From: Fimicolochytrium jonesii
Taxonomy: Eukaryota
Direction of reading: 5' to 3'
Assembly: GCF_025526975.1 (NCBI RefSeq)
Contig: NW_026515676.1
Location: 372,001 to 436,000, forward strand
Length of the DNA stretch: 64,000 bases
Shown here: positions 27,589 through 40,467 of the stretch, one piece after another
Layout of the letters: each line of letters starts with the position of its first letter
Numbering within the stretch: the stretch's first letter is position 1
Translations under genes and position numbers: made by a program
The notes under the pieces: generated by a model
The model's database searches: none
The model's input: the letters and a program-made list of their open reading frames with translations, nothing else
Told to the model about the DNA's origin: nothing

Positions 27589-27882
27589 GTGCCCACCCAA
27601 CCCGCCCCCCCCCCGCAAACGATCGCAACATCCCAACACAAAACACCGACAACTCCCACCCCGCGCCGCCCGCGCCGCACCTTCTGGACCGACCTGCGCC
27701 CCGCCGCCCTCCCCTTCATGCTCGTCATGGCCATCGGCTTCCTCCTCCCCGTCCTCTTCCCCTCGCTCATCGGCCTGCCGTGGCTGAGACGCAAGTTTAT
27801 TGATGATGAGGAGTGGGCGAGGAGGGAGGCGGAGTTCAGGGAGGCCGAGAGGAGGGTTGGGGAGAGGATGGGTGGGGTGTGA
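27589..27882 (+). CDS. Small putative membrane protein (start uncertain)
   Basis: Hydrophobic segment ALPFMLVMAIGFLLPVLFPSLIGLPWL followed by a charged tail. Confidence 0.35.
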   Translation: MPTQPAPPPQTIATSQHKTPTTPTPRRPRRTFWTDLRPAALPFMLVMAIGFLLPVLFPSLIGLPWLRRKFIDDEEWARREAEFREAERRVGERMGGV

Positions 27883-28571
27883 GCGTGGTGGGAGATGGAC
27901 GGGCGGATAGGGAGAGGGAGGAAGAGGGGGAGTTGGGGTAGATGTACATCTACGAAATCTAAAATTCAAACACTTTTCTCAAACCCCGCAAAATGCTTCA
28001 GTTAGGGTTAAAACTCTTCCGCTCCATCGACACCAACTGACAGTGTATAAGTTTCAGTCAAGGAAGAAAGTCTCATGACCTTGGAATTGACTGAGCAGCC
28101 TTCAGGTTGGTCGAGATGGCCGTGATCATTCTTGAGAAAGACCAGACATCCGGGCGTTTTTCCTAACGGTATTCTCAATTGTATTCTCAACCAAACTTGT
28201 TCGGAAAAGCATCTATTACATCCTAACAGTCCATCAAAATCTACTCTACCGTCTATGTTGCAATCCAGAGCAATCCCGATTTCTGACCCCAGATAACCAC
28301 CTCCCAAGTCTGCTAATCTACTGCATGCAGTCCGCCGACACAAAGCTCGGACAGGGGGGATGTGATACGTTACGCCGAACAATTCGGTTCGCGGCAACGA
28401 TGCAAATGCAGAGCCGAGACCATTGCCTCCCGGTGCGCTGGGCCTGTTCCAAGCCGATTGCATGCGCAGAGGGGTGGACGGCGGGTGGCGAAGGCCGTCC
28501 GTTAGTTTTGCGTCGTGCTTTCTTGACTACGTCTGTCTGTGTGGGTCGACATTGAAAGACTCGCTCTCCCT

Positions 28572-29411
28572 TCAGATGAGATCCTCCTTATGCTCCGCAT
28601 CCGGCACAGTCCAATCCAACGGGTACGTCGCGCCTTCCGGGATCTTGAATTCTGCATCCCCAACAAACAAGTCAGTCATTTCCCACCACACCCTTAACAC
28701 CCTCCTCCCGCCAAACAACGTACCTCTCAACGCCTTGAGCACCTCCCCAACCGTGTCCCCGACAACAACCAACCCCCTCGCCCTCTCCCCCACAAACCCC
28801 TCCCTCACCGCGCCAGAAATCATCGCCACCAGCGGATCATAGTACCCGTTCGTGTTGACGACCCCAACAGGCTTGCCGTGGATCCCGAGCTGCAACCACG
28901 TGATGACCTCAAACAGTTCCTCAAACGTGCCGTAGCCGCCCGGGAGCGCGATGAAGGCGGACGAGTGCGCGGCCATCAGCCGTTTGCGGGTATGCATGTC
29001 CTAAAATGAAACCGGCTAGGTGAATATTGTCCCCCGATTTCCTAAGCGATGAGTGGGAGATAGTTACGCACGTTGACGACGGTGATCTCACCGATAGCAG
29101 CCATCCCCTCCACCCCCGTCAACGCCCTTGGCATAAACCCCAGCACCTTCCCTCCGGCCTCATGCACCGCTCGCGCAACCGTCCCCATCAATCCCATGTT
29201 CCCACCCCCATACACCAATCCAATCCCCTCCTAAAAAAATGAAATCACACAATGAGTGGATGATACAGTGGGAGGGTGCCGGGGGGAGACGTACGGCAAC
29301 CATGAGGGCGCCTAAGGCTTTGGCGTCGGCTATGTAGGCGGGGTGGGTGCCTGGGCGGGAGCCGCAGAAGACGCAGATGGTCTTCAGCTCGGTTGGCTGG
29401 GTGGCGGACAT
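28572..29411 (-). CDS. LOG1: LONELY GUY (LOG) family nucleotide phosphoribohydrolase, multi-exon
   Basis: ICVFCGS, LVYGGGNMGLMG, DMHTRKRLM, AFIALPGGYGTFEELFEVITW (PGGxGTxE). Confidence 0.93.
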
Positions 29412-29836
29412 TGGGGTTGAGTTGGTTTTCGAGGTGTGAGGTGGGTGAGATTTGCGAGCCGTGGACGGTGGACGAGAGTGGTGGACGGATATATGTGAAG
29501 TGGGTCGAGTGTGGTGGGACGATGTCGCAGCGGCTTCTCTTTTGTATGCGCCGTTCTCTTCGGGTGTTGAAGGTGTTCCCACCACAGCGAGTGAAAACAT
29601 CAACAAGCGCATCGCGAGGAAAACGCCCCACTTGGACGACTCGCATCCTTTCCCGGAGAAAAAAGTCCATATTTTCACGACAAACATACATGTACATGTA
29701 CTCCTCCCTCCACACACCCACGGTATCCATCCATAAAAACCAGAAATCCTAAAAAAAAATCCTATGCCGCCCCACCCCCCCACCCATAAGATATCTCCAT
29801 CTCCGACAACGCACCAAACCCCGCAGAAATCATCCT

Positions 29837-32800
29837 TCAAACCCTCCCCACCCCACTCCGTCTCACACCCATCATAAACCCGCCGACCTTCTCCACATCC
29901 ACCTCGCGATCACTCTCCACCGCTTTCAAGAGAGGGTCCAGCATCGCGTCGACGGATTCCAGGGGGACCGAGCAGCATTGGGAGATGAGCTTCTTGCAGA
30001 GGAGTTCTGTTGGTGTCGGTTGCGGGTGGAGCGGGCTGGTGGGTGAGGGGGTGAGCGCGGTGGCGGTAGGGGAGAGGGCGGACGGGGTGAGGGAGCGGAG
30101 CCGGGCGATTTCGGAGCGGAGGTGCCGTTCGGTGCGTTCTTTCGTAGCGAGTTGCGCACGCAGCGTCTCGACCGTCGGTATCGTTCCATTCTCGCCATGT
30201 GTTGCCTCTCCGCTTCCATTCCCATTCGCACCGCCCTCATTCACGTTCACCCCATTCTCAACATCCCCCGCATGCACATCATCCCCCTCCGCAGCCCCCG
30301 CTGCCCCCTCCACCACCTCCCGCTCTCCTCCCACTCTAGCCATCTCCCCCCCCAGAACGCCCTCCAACCCCCTGATCCTCAAAATCATATCCGGCAAGGT
30401 CTCATTCTCCTCCCTCAGTTTCTGATTCATCTTCCGGACATTCGCCAACTCGCGTGTGACCTGTCGTAGCTGAGATCGGACCTCGTCCAACTGTGTGGTC
30501 CGCGCGGCCATTTCGGTGGTGAAGGTTTGGGACATTTCGTCGACCATTTGTTGGACTGCTGTAATTTCGAAAAAAAAAAAGATGAGATGGTTGGGTTTTG
30601 GGTAAGTAATGGGGATGACTGACCAGAATATGAGATGTAAAAGGGTGAAAGAGACAAAACCTACCAGAAGCAATCTCACCCCCCTTATTCGCACTCGCAA
30701 CCGCACTCAACGCCAACGCCGCATCCTCCTCGTCCGTTCTGATGCTCGGAAACACAACCCTTGTCATCGGTTCCCCGGCCTCCATCCCCGCCGCCCAATC
30801 CCCACCCCCACCCCCACCCGCACCGTCCCCGCTCTCCGCCGCAACCCCATGCATCTCCGCCGTCCCCAACAGATCCTCAAACCCAAAATCAATCGGCCTC
30901 ACCCCCGCGCGATTCTCAACCGTCGGGTCAGCGCCCACGTCGACCAGCTGCTCGACCAGGTTCCGATTCCCGACCCGTGCCGCGACGTTCAGAGGCGTGT
31001 CGCCCGCGTAGTCCTGCGGATCGACAAACGTCGCAAAGTGGCCCCCGCCGTGCCGCGCCACCCATTCAAGGAAACATTCCGCGTAGTACCGGGACGCGGC
31101 GACGCGGCCCTCCAGTCCGGCGGTGGCTGCAATGTGGTGCAGGACGTTGCGGCGTTTCGCGTCGAGGAGGGCCACGGTCGGGTGCAGGAGGTGTAACAAC
31201 TCCGGGAACGTCTGCGTGTCGTAGTTGTTGGTCACGCGGACGGCGCGGATCAGGGCCGTCTCGCCGTCATTATTAACGCTACGGATATCTGCGCCTTTTT
31301 GGAGGAGGACGCGGACGACGTTGATACGTGCCAATGCCGCCGCCCAGTGGAGGGAGGTGTGGCCTTGGTCGTCGATGATGATGTCGAGGTCGAGGTCGGG
31401 GGGGAGCACGGGCCCGGAGAGGATGTCGGGGATGTAGGAAGGGTCTTCGTGGACGAACATGGCCATGAGCATTGCGCGGTACTTTTCGGCGTTGGTTTCG
31501 ATGGGGGTGTCTGAGAAAGCGTCGGGATTGCTCGCGCCTGCTAGGGATGTTACAGTCTCGGTCTCGTCTACGTGATTGTTATTGTTATTGTTGTTGTTGT
31601 TCTTTTGCCGTTTGGCGGGAGGGGAGGAGACGGCGGGATGCTGGCTGTCGTCGCCGTCACCTGCCTGCTCGGGCTCAATCTCGACCATGCGCTTGTTGGC
31701 GCGGGCTTTACCCTTTTTCTTGGGGCCCTCGGCACCACCTGCATCGTCGGTTGCATGGCGGGCTTTGGTCTTGCCCAAGGCGATGTTGTTGGCTGCTGCG
31801 ACCGCGTTGTTGCGCTTAATCAGGTCGCGGTTGGCAGCGTAGACTTGCTCCTTGGTCGGCGTGTGGTCGGAAAGGCCTGGGGCAGGGAACGCGAAATCAA
31901 AGATAGGTTGTAGTGCAACCTCCACATTGTATTGTTGGGCTAGTTGAACACCGCGCTGGAACGGAACCCTGTGGAAGGGAAGGAAAATGATTGTCAGCGT
32001 TCTCACTCGGTACAACGTTTCAAAAGACATGCAAGGCCACGACAACTCGCGGCGATACATACCAAGTCCCCTGATACTTCCCATACCCCCCCTGCACCTT
32101 CTCATGCTCGCCCGTCATAACCTCCTTATCCAAAATCTTCGTCCTGCGCCCCTTATCCACACCCGCAACCTTCAAAATCTGCGTCGCATTCAAGTACCCG
32201 TCGCTCTTCCTCCTCATCACCGCAACACCATTGGCCATCATCTCGTACACGCCGATGCCAGAGTATACGGCCGAGTAGATCTCGCCTTCGCCTGCGAGGA
32301 GCTGGATTTGCACGGTGCCTGGTATCGCGGGGGTTGTGGCCGGGTCGATTTTGGCGATCAGGTCTTTGGAGTCTTCGGTGTCCATTGCATCGTCGTCGGT
32401 TGGGCGGGCGGATTGGGTATAGATGTTTCGAGGGGATACGCCGCCGAGGCCGGATGAGGAGGATGCGGATTCGGTCAGACGCGTGAAGGCTGGGATGTGG
32501 ATTTGGGGGAGGGGTGGTGGGCCCGTGGCACCGCTCGCGGAGAGCATGGGCGGTGGGCCGCTGCTGCTGCTGCTCCCACCGAGGGCGGTGGGAGTTGCCG
32601 ACAAGCTACCACCGCCGCGATTGAAGAAGCTCTGCAAGAAGTCCGGTGGGGCGCTTCCTGGTCCTCCTGCGCCTCCTGTAGCGGACGAGGATGGCGCCAT
32701 TGAGGAAAGCATAGGATGTGGGGAATACGAGGATGTATGCGGCGTGCCGGTGGTACTATTCAACGTGGACGAGTTGTATTGAGCAGCGCGCTGAGAGAAT

Positions 32801-33078
32801 GAAGGGAAAAGCGTGGAAGAGGGCAACGGTGAGTAGGAGGACGACGGGATGGAGAGGGGCGTCTGTTGCTGTGCTTGCGTCGCACCGCTCAACGCCGTCG
32901 CTGGTTGCTGTGGGCGAGACATAGCGGACTGATAGTACGGAGGAAGTGGGGTTGACGTAGACGTCTGGTGCTGCTGGGACAAGGAGGACGTCGTAGTGGT
33001 TGCATTAGCAGGAGGAGGACCCGTTGCTGATGGGCCAGCTTGAGGTTGCGGCGCCGAGTCGTTATCAGCGCGTAGCAT
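29837..33078 (-). CDS. SBF/MBF-type G1/S transcription factor (KilA-N/APSES + ankyrin repeats + coiled coil; Mbp1/Swi4/Res1-like), 3 exons
   Basis: [14 protein letters not shown]...[20 protein letters not shown]...[55 protein letters not shown]-terminal CKKLISQCC. Confidence 0.93.
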
Positions 33079-34911
33079 GGGTGCCTCGTTTTTCTCAATT
33101 GCGTCACGGGTTGGAAAAAACGGGTTGGAATTAAGCTTAAGCCTCTGCGCGACGGTTTGCCTTTCCCCGGGGAGTTGCGCCTCAGACGTTGATACGCTTG
33201 GACTGTGAGTGAGTGAGAGAGACGGAAGTGCGTAAGTGAACCGAGGTAAGCTTATTTTTCGATAGCAAGATTGCACGAAGGGGAAAATGGGGAAAAAGAG
33301 GCCCGCAGCAGGTTGTGGAATGCGGACGTGTTTTGGATCTGCCCATTTGACCCGTTGAAATGCATATTGCCGGCTAGTCTCCGGTCCACCATCCCCGTAT
33401 GGAAATAATTAGCACGACACTCACCTTTATGGGTTCAGGCTTGGGGAGGCCGCAGCGACTTTTGGGAGTGGGGAGCGGTAGATTCCACGTGGGTTTCTTT
33501 GTTCGTTTGGCGTTCAAGGACACGAGCAAGCGAGGAAGGCGATAGCAATAGGCTAGGAGGGAGGGCGACGAGCGGACAGTATACGCTAGGGGGGGGTTGC
33601 TTATGGCAGTGTGGTTGGTGCTGGGGGTGGGTTGTCAGGTCGTGTTCAGTTCGTGTAAGTTTCGTGAGGGAAGCGTTGCGCCGTCTGGCCCCTTCTGTCC
33701 CCCTGATTCTACGTTAGCCTCGCGATTAGGACTCACACGCTCCATTTCGCGTCGAGAGAGAGAGAGAACACGCGTTCATCAATTCAGGCGGCGGCTTTTC
33801 ACCCGCTGCATTGACTGTATTAAAAGAGGAGGGACCGAGGAATTTGTGCATTTCAACACAACGTCGGTTTCGCAGCACATGAGGGACACATTTTGAATGT
33901 GGATCGAGTGAACTACGGTGGTGGGTAAAGCGGTCCATAAACGACGAGTGAAGTTTTTCGCAAAACAGTCGTAGTAGATATGTATGTCTTTAAACAAGCA
34001 GCTTCATCAAAGTCTGCTAGGACTGGCTGCTTCCCTTCGAAGCTGATCAATCGCCTCAGGAACACCACCAAGTGGGCAACTCCAGTGTTACTCCACCCTT
34101 GCGTGTCGCAAAAACTCGCTGACAGTCAAGAGGGTCAAGGTAGTATACAGTCAGTGCCGCTTGTTTTGCAACTGTGCCTAACAACCAACAGTACGTGGAT
34201 TTGCGTGTCCAAGATCGATCAACGCGTTTGTGATGTGCTTACGTGATGAAGAAATCGCGATCGTTGAGGGAAGGTTCGAAACACAAGCAGAGACTGACGA
34301 GGAGAGAGGGGAGAACAAGCGACGAGAACGAAGCAAGAACAATTCATTAGTATACGTACCCAACCCAACCCAAATCAAGTTTTAATCAACCAATCCCGTT
34401 CATCGCTCAATTGGGTTTCACATTTGCCACCAATGAAGAAAGAATGCGCCGCCGCTCTCGCTTTCTTCCAAAACCCGTTTGAGATGATGATGCGCACACA
34501 AATAAACCCTAATAAGATGCAAAATGCGGTGAATGTCGAGCAATCGTTGTTTCACAATTGGAATCGTGCGCAGAACAGGGATACCTGTCCGATTGTTGTC
34601 ATTGTCTTCTGTCTGTCCGTGCGCCGCTATCTACGCGGTCGGTCGGTATGCCGTTGCAAGGCTCTATCTACTACACCGATACCGTTGGCGGACTTTGCAG
34701 GAAATCCCCAACGCCCGCCGAGAGAGGGCAGGTATACTGTATGTGATCCCCGCTACAATAATGGTCCCCCCAGCAGGTCCTCGCAAAACGTTTAAAAGAG
34801 CACCGGCACCAGCACCAGCCCCCTCTTCCCAACAGACACCGACTCCTCCATCAACCTCCATTCACACATCACAAACTCAAATACATTCGCACGGTCGCAA
34901 ACAAAATCAAC

Positions 34912-35490
34912 ATGCACATCTCATACCTCCTTCTCGCCCTCGCCTCCACCCTCACCTCAACAACCCTCGCCGCACCCACCCCGCAAGCCTGCTTCATCTC
35001 CACCAAATCCGCCCTCCCCGCCGAAGTCGCCTCTTCCATCCCCGCCCTCGCCCGCACCATCCGCTGCTCCACAACCACCTTCCTCCAAACATCCCCCACA
35101 AAAATCCCCGACCTCATCTCGGGATCCACCTCCTTCTCATCCATCGATTTCCGCAACTCCGCCCTCGACCCGCTCGGGTTCGCGTTGGCTAACTTCGCCG
35201 TCAACGACCCCAAAACCGCGAACTTGGCAACCCTGACCGAGAAACTGAACGTCTACCTCGCCTTCGAAGCCGCCCTCCGCTCCTCCGGCGCGAGCACCAG
35301 CGCATTGACAAAGGCCAAGGTCCCCAAATTCTTCCTGCAGTTCCAGCTGGCGAGGGTCGAGGTGGCGCAGACCGGGAAGACCGCCGTCGCCGGCGGCGTC
35401 GAGCATCAGAGGGCAAAGGTTAGCAAAAATGCGGCCGCCATCAGGGCTTCGCAGGCCGAGCTGAAGGAGTTGGCTGCTATCAAGGCGTAG
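34912..35490 (+). CDS. Small secreted protein (192 aa), intronless
   Basis: Signal peptide MHISYLLLALASTLTSTTLA; strong codon bias; TATA-like TTTAAAAG upstream. Confidence 0.8.
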   Translation: MHISYLLLALASTLTSTTLAAPTPQACFISTKSALPAEVASSIPALARTIRCSTTTFLQTSPTKIPDLISGSTSFSSIDFRNSALDPLGFALANFAVNDPKTANLATLTEKLNVYLAFEAALRSSGASTSALTKAKVPKFFLQFQLARVEVAQTGKTAVAGGVEHQRAKVSKNAAAIRASQAELKELAAIKA

Positions 35491-35775
35491 GGGCATATGT
35501 ATGAATACGATGGTTTGGATTGTTTCCCCCTTTTGGAGTGCGCTTTTGTGTATAGATGTGTTTTGTAGATTTTGTTTAGAGTTCTTGTTTTTATTATATA
35601 ATGTGCATACGCGAATCGATTACTTGTGCAGAATATGTTGTCGCCATGCATAAGTCGCCACGTCCCGGCAGAGGACGAAAACAGAGAAGGAGCGTTGAGG
35701 ATGCCGGTGCGCGAGAACAGGGTATGATAGTCAATTATGGCGATATATACAACAAACAGGTCTTCAATTCACATT

Positions 35776-36800
35776 TCACGCCGTTCGCAGAATCAGATGA
35801 ACGCCGCTGTCGGAAAACACCGGCTGGCTCAGTTCGCCGACTTGAAGGGCGTAGGTGGCGTTCTCAAATGCGGCTGGTGGAAATCCAATGTAGCTGATTG
35901 TCAGTGCTCATTGGCCAGATAAAGGCAGTTGGAAGGACATTTAACGACGTGCCTTGCATATCACCCCGCCCAAACACCCCGAGATCGCCACCGCGTTTGG
36001 CGGAGCTGCAGTCGGATTCTTTGCTAGCGAGTTGTGCAAAGTCTGTGCCGGATATGAGTTGGGTGCGGAAGTCTATGGGTAGGAGACCTGAGCATGTGAG
36101 CGCGAGGGGTTCAGAGAGGAAAAGGACGGACTTTACCATTGATCTTTTGCAACGCCTCCTCTTTCGTTCGCGTAATGTTATCCTAGAAATATCTCAGGGT
36201 GAGCTTCTCCCCACCATCCCAACAACCCATCACACCCCGTCCCCGCACCTACCTCCTTCCAACTCTTAGGGTTCCGACTCTCCCGATGCTTCACCAGCAA
36301 ATGCGACGCGCGCACTTTCTCCGCCGTCGCCCCACCACCACTTGCAGCACCCCCGACGAAACCGGGCGGCTTTTCCCATAGACTTTCGCCGGTGTTGCGG
36401 TTGAAGTAGTAGGCCCGGCTGCGGCTTTTGGAGAAGCGTTCCTGTTGGGTTGGGGAGGGTGAGGTGGTATGGGTGAGACGGTGGTATTTGCCGTCGACGA
36501 GCATCGTTCTCTACGACGCAGTTCTCTCGGTGTCGCTCGATACTTTTGAGCTCAGCTTGGTTTCGCTCGGTCTCGCTGGCCTACCAACAGTCCCATGCCT
36601 AAGGCACAGTGGCCCGCCTTCGCTCTCACTCTGCTCGCCTCACTCCACCTCGCCATCCTCAAACCCCTTTGTGCCTCGCTCCTCTCCGTACCTCCCATTC
36701 GTCGGCCTAATTTGGACAAAAATGGCGACCCGTGTCAATCTTGGGAAGATGTGAAATCTGCAACTAGAAAGATATCACGCCTTGCGGTCGGACGTACCAT
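35776..36800 (-). CDS. ESS1: Parvulin peptidyl-prolyl isomerase with WW domain (Ess1/Pin1), 6 exons
   Basis: [20 protein letters not shown]...[69 protein letters not shown]. Confidence 0.93.
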
Positions 36801-37612
36801 TTTGGAGCTGTGCTGTAGTAGTTATGTGGGTAATGAGGTTCGATGACCACAGACAAGTTCGCTTTGCTAATTTGTTGCTGCGAGTTTAATGTTTGAGACT
36901 GGTTCGAGATCAGTTCGAGACGTTATGGGCATGGAACGCGCGGGTTGCAACCAGCCTTGAGACGAAGCGCATCTGAGCTTTCCGGCCAATTCCCGTGCTG
37001 TAGCCTGTCATCACCTGCTGCATATTCCAACTGTGGTATTGGGTATTGAACAGCAGCGACCCAAGCGGATCGTATCTACATAGCCTCGTGTGCGCTACTG
37101 CCCATCCTTTCCCATTGACCACCGAAATCCGGAGTGGAGCCCTTTTCGAGATACGAGCTGTGAGTGGTCTTTTGATTTCGTTGCGGTAGCTATCGTTCTA
37201 CCTGCTCGATTTTTCTCATGCACGTCTTCTTTGGCAGTGAGAAGCTAACATTCACCGCCTGCGACCTTTGGCCATCATCTCTCGCTGCTGCGCATGCTTA
37301 TAACAGTTTAGTTTGCAAGCCATCGTTGTTTACACAGCGCACAGCCTGTAGTCTTCTCGGGGTTGCTGTCGCACTCCGACTCCCGCTTCTATTTGCGAAC
37401 GTCAGCCTTTTTGTTCTCGTACGTTTCTGGGTCCTGTTTTCATGAGCGTGGTTGAGCGAAACCACACTTTGCCGTCGTTTCGCTAACGATGTTTCTTCCA
37501 TGGCGTAGTCACTGCCCGGTTCCGACATTCGATCACTGCGCACACTCTTGGTTCTGCTCGAAAGTGAACGCAAACGCTCTGACCGAACCGCCGCGGAACG
37601 GACAGTAACAAC

Positions 37613-38722
37613 ATGGCTCAGTTCACACTCCCTCCGGAGATTATCCTCTTCATATTCGACGAGGTTGACCACAGTACAGCAAAGCGTATGGTCGAAGTTT
37701 GCAGAGAATGGCATGGGATACTATTGCGACCGTTATATCAAGATATCTTACTGAAAAATCCGGCGCGCTTTCTTGGGCTCTTCACCACGTTGACCCAGTT
37801 TCCGGAACGCCGCAATTGGATCGTCAGTTTGGTCCTCGAAACTCTCCCAGGCCCTGAGGAGGGCCCTGTCCTCTGGGGTTATTCTGATACGGCATTGGCA
37901 ACCGCCGTGCTTCGAATGTGCGGACCTCAACTGGAGTTCGTAAAGCTTAAGCTTGAGAATAAGAAGCTTGATGTGCCGGAAGACGAAGATATACAGGAAG
38001 ACGAAAGAGAAACTCACGAACAGCGGTTTCGTATCTATTGGGACGCCAGAACTGGTCTCCTACAGCTGAAACTCGGCGACACAAATGGAAACCCGTATTT
38101 GATCAGTCTGGCTCTGGATATGATGTTCCTAGTGAGCGGTGACATTCGCGACCTTGAGATTATCAGTACTCAATGGCCGGAGGTTGGAGAGTTCAACTTC
38201 CCGACGCTCCCGCCAATGCCCAGGTTGGAACGATTGCTGACGATGTATTCGAACGCATTGCCCGTGTTTGCCAGGATCAAGGATGACGTGTGCCCGCTAC
38301 TTCGCGAGGTTGTCGTATTTGGGGACTGGCAGGATAATGCAGAAACGCCATGGACGCTTCCATCTAGCATTCAACGTCTGCAAATGCTGGCCTCTGACTG
38401 GCCGCCATACTTTCCGCCATGGACTCGGCGAGACGCCAACCGGCTTCTTCGGTACTTCTGGCAAGATTCTGTGATCAGAAGACAGGAAGAGGACCGTAGG
38501 GAGCCGTTCCTGCTCGAAGCTCTTGAAAAGTACAATGGAGGCGGCAGACTCGAGATTATCTGCCTCAAAAATCAGCTCACGTCCCCAGAATTCATGAAGA
38601 TGAAAGGAATCATAGAAAGCACGGGGAAGTTCGACCGAGTTGAATTTGTCAAGCTCGATAAGACGAATGAATTGGAAGAGCGTGCTAATCGCGAGGAAAT
38701 GGGTGACATTGATTTCGATTGA
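37613..38722 (+). CDS. F-box protein, intronless
   Basis: N-terminal LPPEIILFIFDEV...MVEVCREWHGILLRPLYQDI. Confidence 0.8.
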   Translation: MAQFTLPPEIILFIFDEVDHSTAKRMVEVCREWHGILLRPLYQDILLKNPARFLGLFTTLTQFPERRNWIVSLVLETLPGPEEGPVLWGYSDTALATAVLRMCGPQLEFVKLKLENKKLDVPEDEDIQEDERETHEQRFRIYWDARTGLLQLKLGDTNGNPYLISLALDMMFLVSGDIRDLEIISTQWPEVGEFNFPTLPPMPRLERLLTMYSNALPVFARIKDDVCPLLREVVVFGDWQDNAETPWTLPSSIQRLQMLASDWPPYFPPWTRRDANRLLRYFWQDSVIRRQEEDRREPFLLEALEKYNGGGRLEIICLKNQLTSPEFMKMKGIIESTGKFDRVEFVKLDKTNELEERANREEMGDIDFD

Positions 38723-39219
38723 TGGGGATGTCAACGGTGGACGACAATAGGCGGCGCCTCGCGCCAACACCACGCTGCACTAAACTACACGACAGTCCTC
38801 GCATTGGGCATTGACTGGGTTACACTGGGCGGAAACGAGTTCGATTTAGGTGCTGAACAATCATGCGGGTCGCCAGCTAGAGGTATGCGGCGTAGGTGCA
38901 GGAATGCTTACGGCTTATTGGGTTCCGTCGTAGCAGTCAGGGACGGAAGGTGCCGGAATTGGAGAGTGAAAGTGGACCTGCTCAAATGTGCGACTCTGTA
39001 CTACGCATCGGTCCCTTTTGTATAGTGTCATTGCTTGTTCGAGCTTTTCTGTATATACGCTCTTCTGCAAATGAGAGAACCTACTCTATCTACAAAGGGA
39101 AAGCGATACTACGATATCACGATGTGCGCAACAGTGGCTATGTACAGTGCGTACAAGTTGGAGTGAATTGAGAACCTCCACCTTGATGACAAAGTTGAAC
39201 GGTTCTAGAGGGTCCTGAT

Positions 39220-40467
39220 CTATTCCGCTGCCGCGCCGCTCACACTCACACGCCCGCCCTTGAACATCTTGGCGACCACCATCCCGATCCCGCCCAGTCG
39301 TGATGTTCGCCGCGGCTTCTTGAGCGCGTGTTTGGCCACGGTCTGCTTTTCCAGCGGCTGCTGCGATTCGTCCGTCGCTTCGTCTCGTTTGGCGATGTCT
39401 GCTATTGATGACACCACCGGATGCACTTCCTCCGTCTCGATGGTCCTTTCCCCATCCGGTACAACGGACAATCTGGCCTCCGGCTCCGCAAGCGCGAGGA
39501 CCACATCATCCCCCTCATCCTCCTCGATCACCTCAGGTTCAGCAACCGACCCAAAATCCAGCGTAAAACTCGGCGCATGTTCCGACGTCCGCTCCAATTT
39601 GTCAAAATCCCCGTCTCGTAAATCAATCACAACCGGTAGCTCATCGAACGATACGCGGCTGCCTTTACTGCTCCCCGTGTTTCCGTAGCCAAACTGCGAT
39701 TTCTTCAAAATCGCGCGGTGTTGGAGGTGCCGGTGGTTCGGGTGCCGCGGGAGGTGTGGGCTGGACGTGTTTGAGGAGGCGGAGGAGAGGAGGGAGGAGG
39801 TGGAGGGCGTGCGGGAGCGGATGTGGCGGGCGAGGGGGAAGGGGAGTTTGGGTGGGAGCGGTGGTCGGGATGTGGATAGTGGGTCGAACGCATCGGGTGG
39901 GTCGGGGATGGGTAACGTCCCGCCGGTTTCATCATGTCCACCGTGCTCCGCGGAACTCCCCAGCAAATCCAACTCCCCCAGGTCCAAGATCCCCCCGCCG
40001 CCCGCGCGCGTGTTCGCAGCCTCCACCTGCTTCCTCTTATACTGCTTCGACCATCTGAGCATGATATGCATGCGATTCAGCCGTTCCTCCTCGTCGGAGG
40101 CTGCTACGTCGTCCTGCGGGAGACGGGACGAGAGCATGGAGGCTATAATTGGGTCGACTACGGCGGGAGCGTCTGTTGATGTGGAAGCGAATGTGTCGGT
40201 GTGGTTATCGGGGTGGAAGGAAATGAACATACTGTTCATTTTGGTGTTGAGGAGGGTTTGTGGGCTGCCCGGTGGGGAGCTGGAGGCGTCTTGGTCTGCG
40301 TCGTCGCCTGATATGCTGACTTGAGGTGCGGGTCCGGTCACTATGTCCTCGGACTCCGCGTTAGCGTCGCGAGGGAGTGGTTCGGCTTCGCCCTCGGTGT
40401 AGGTCTCGTTCAAGGTACATGTCTCCGCCGCATCCTCGAGAGCGGACGAGACGCCGTACGTGCCCAT
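39220..40467 (-). CDS. Hypothetical disordered protein (start uncertain)
   Basis: Long open frame, S/P/D/E-rich, contains ILKK...RVSF (RVxF-like); no folded domain recognised. Confidence 0.55.
   Translation of the reverse strand: MGTYGVSSALEDAAETCTLNETYTEGEAEPLPRDANAESEDIVTGPAPQVSISGDDADQDASSSPPGSPQTLLNTKMNSMFISFHPDNHTDTFASTSTDAPAVVDPIIASMLSSRLPQDDVAASDEEERLNRMHIMLRWSKQYKRKQVEAANTRAGGGGILDLGELDLLGSSAEHGGHDETGGTLPIPDPPDAFDPLSTSRPPLPPKLPFPLARHIRSRTPSTSSLLSSASSNTSSPHLPRHPNHRHLQHRAILKKSQFGYGNTGSSKGSRVSFDELPVVIDLRDGDFDKLERTSEHAPSFTLDFGSVAEPEVIEEDEGDDVVLALAEPEARLSVVPDGERTIETEEVHPVVSSIADIAKRDEATDESQQPLEKQTVAKHALKKPRRTSRLGGIGMVVAKMFKGGRVSVSGAAAE

Noticed and set aside
28008..28463. 151-aa minus-strand ORF in a more AT-rich patch
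   Set aside because: No ATG-supported model or domain; cannot distinguish from chance
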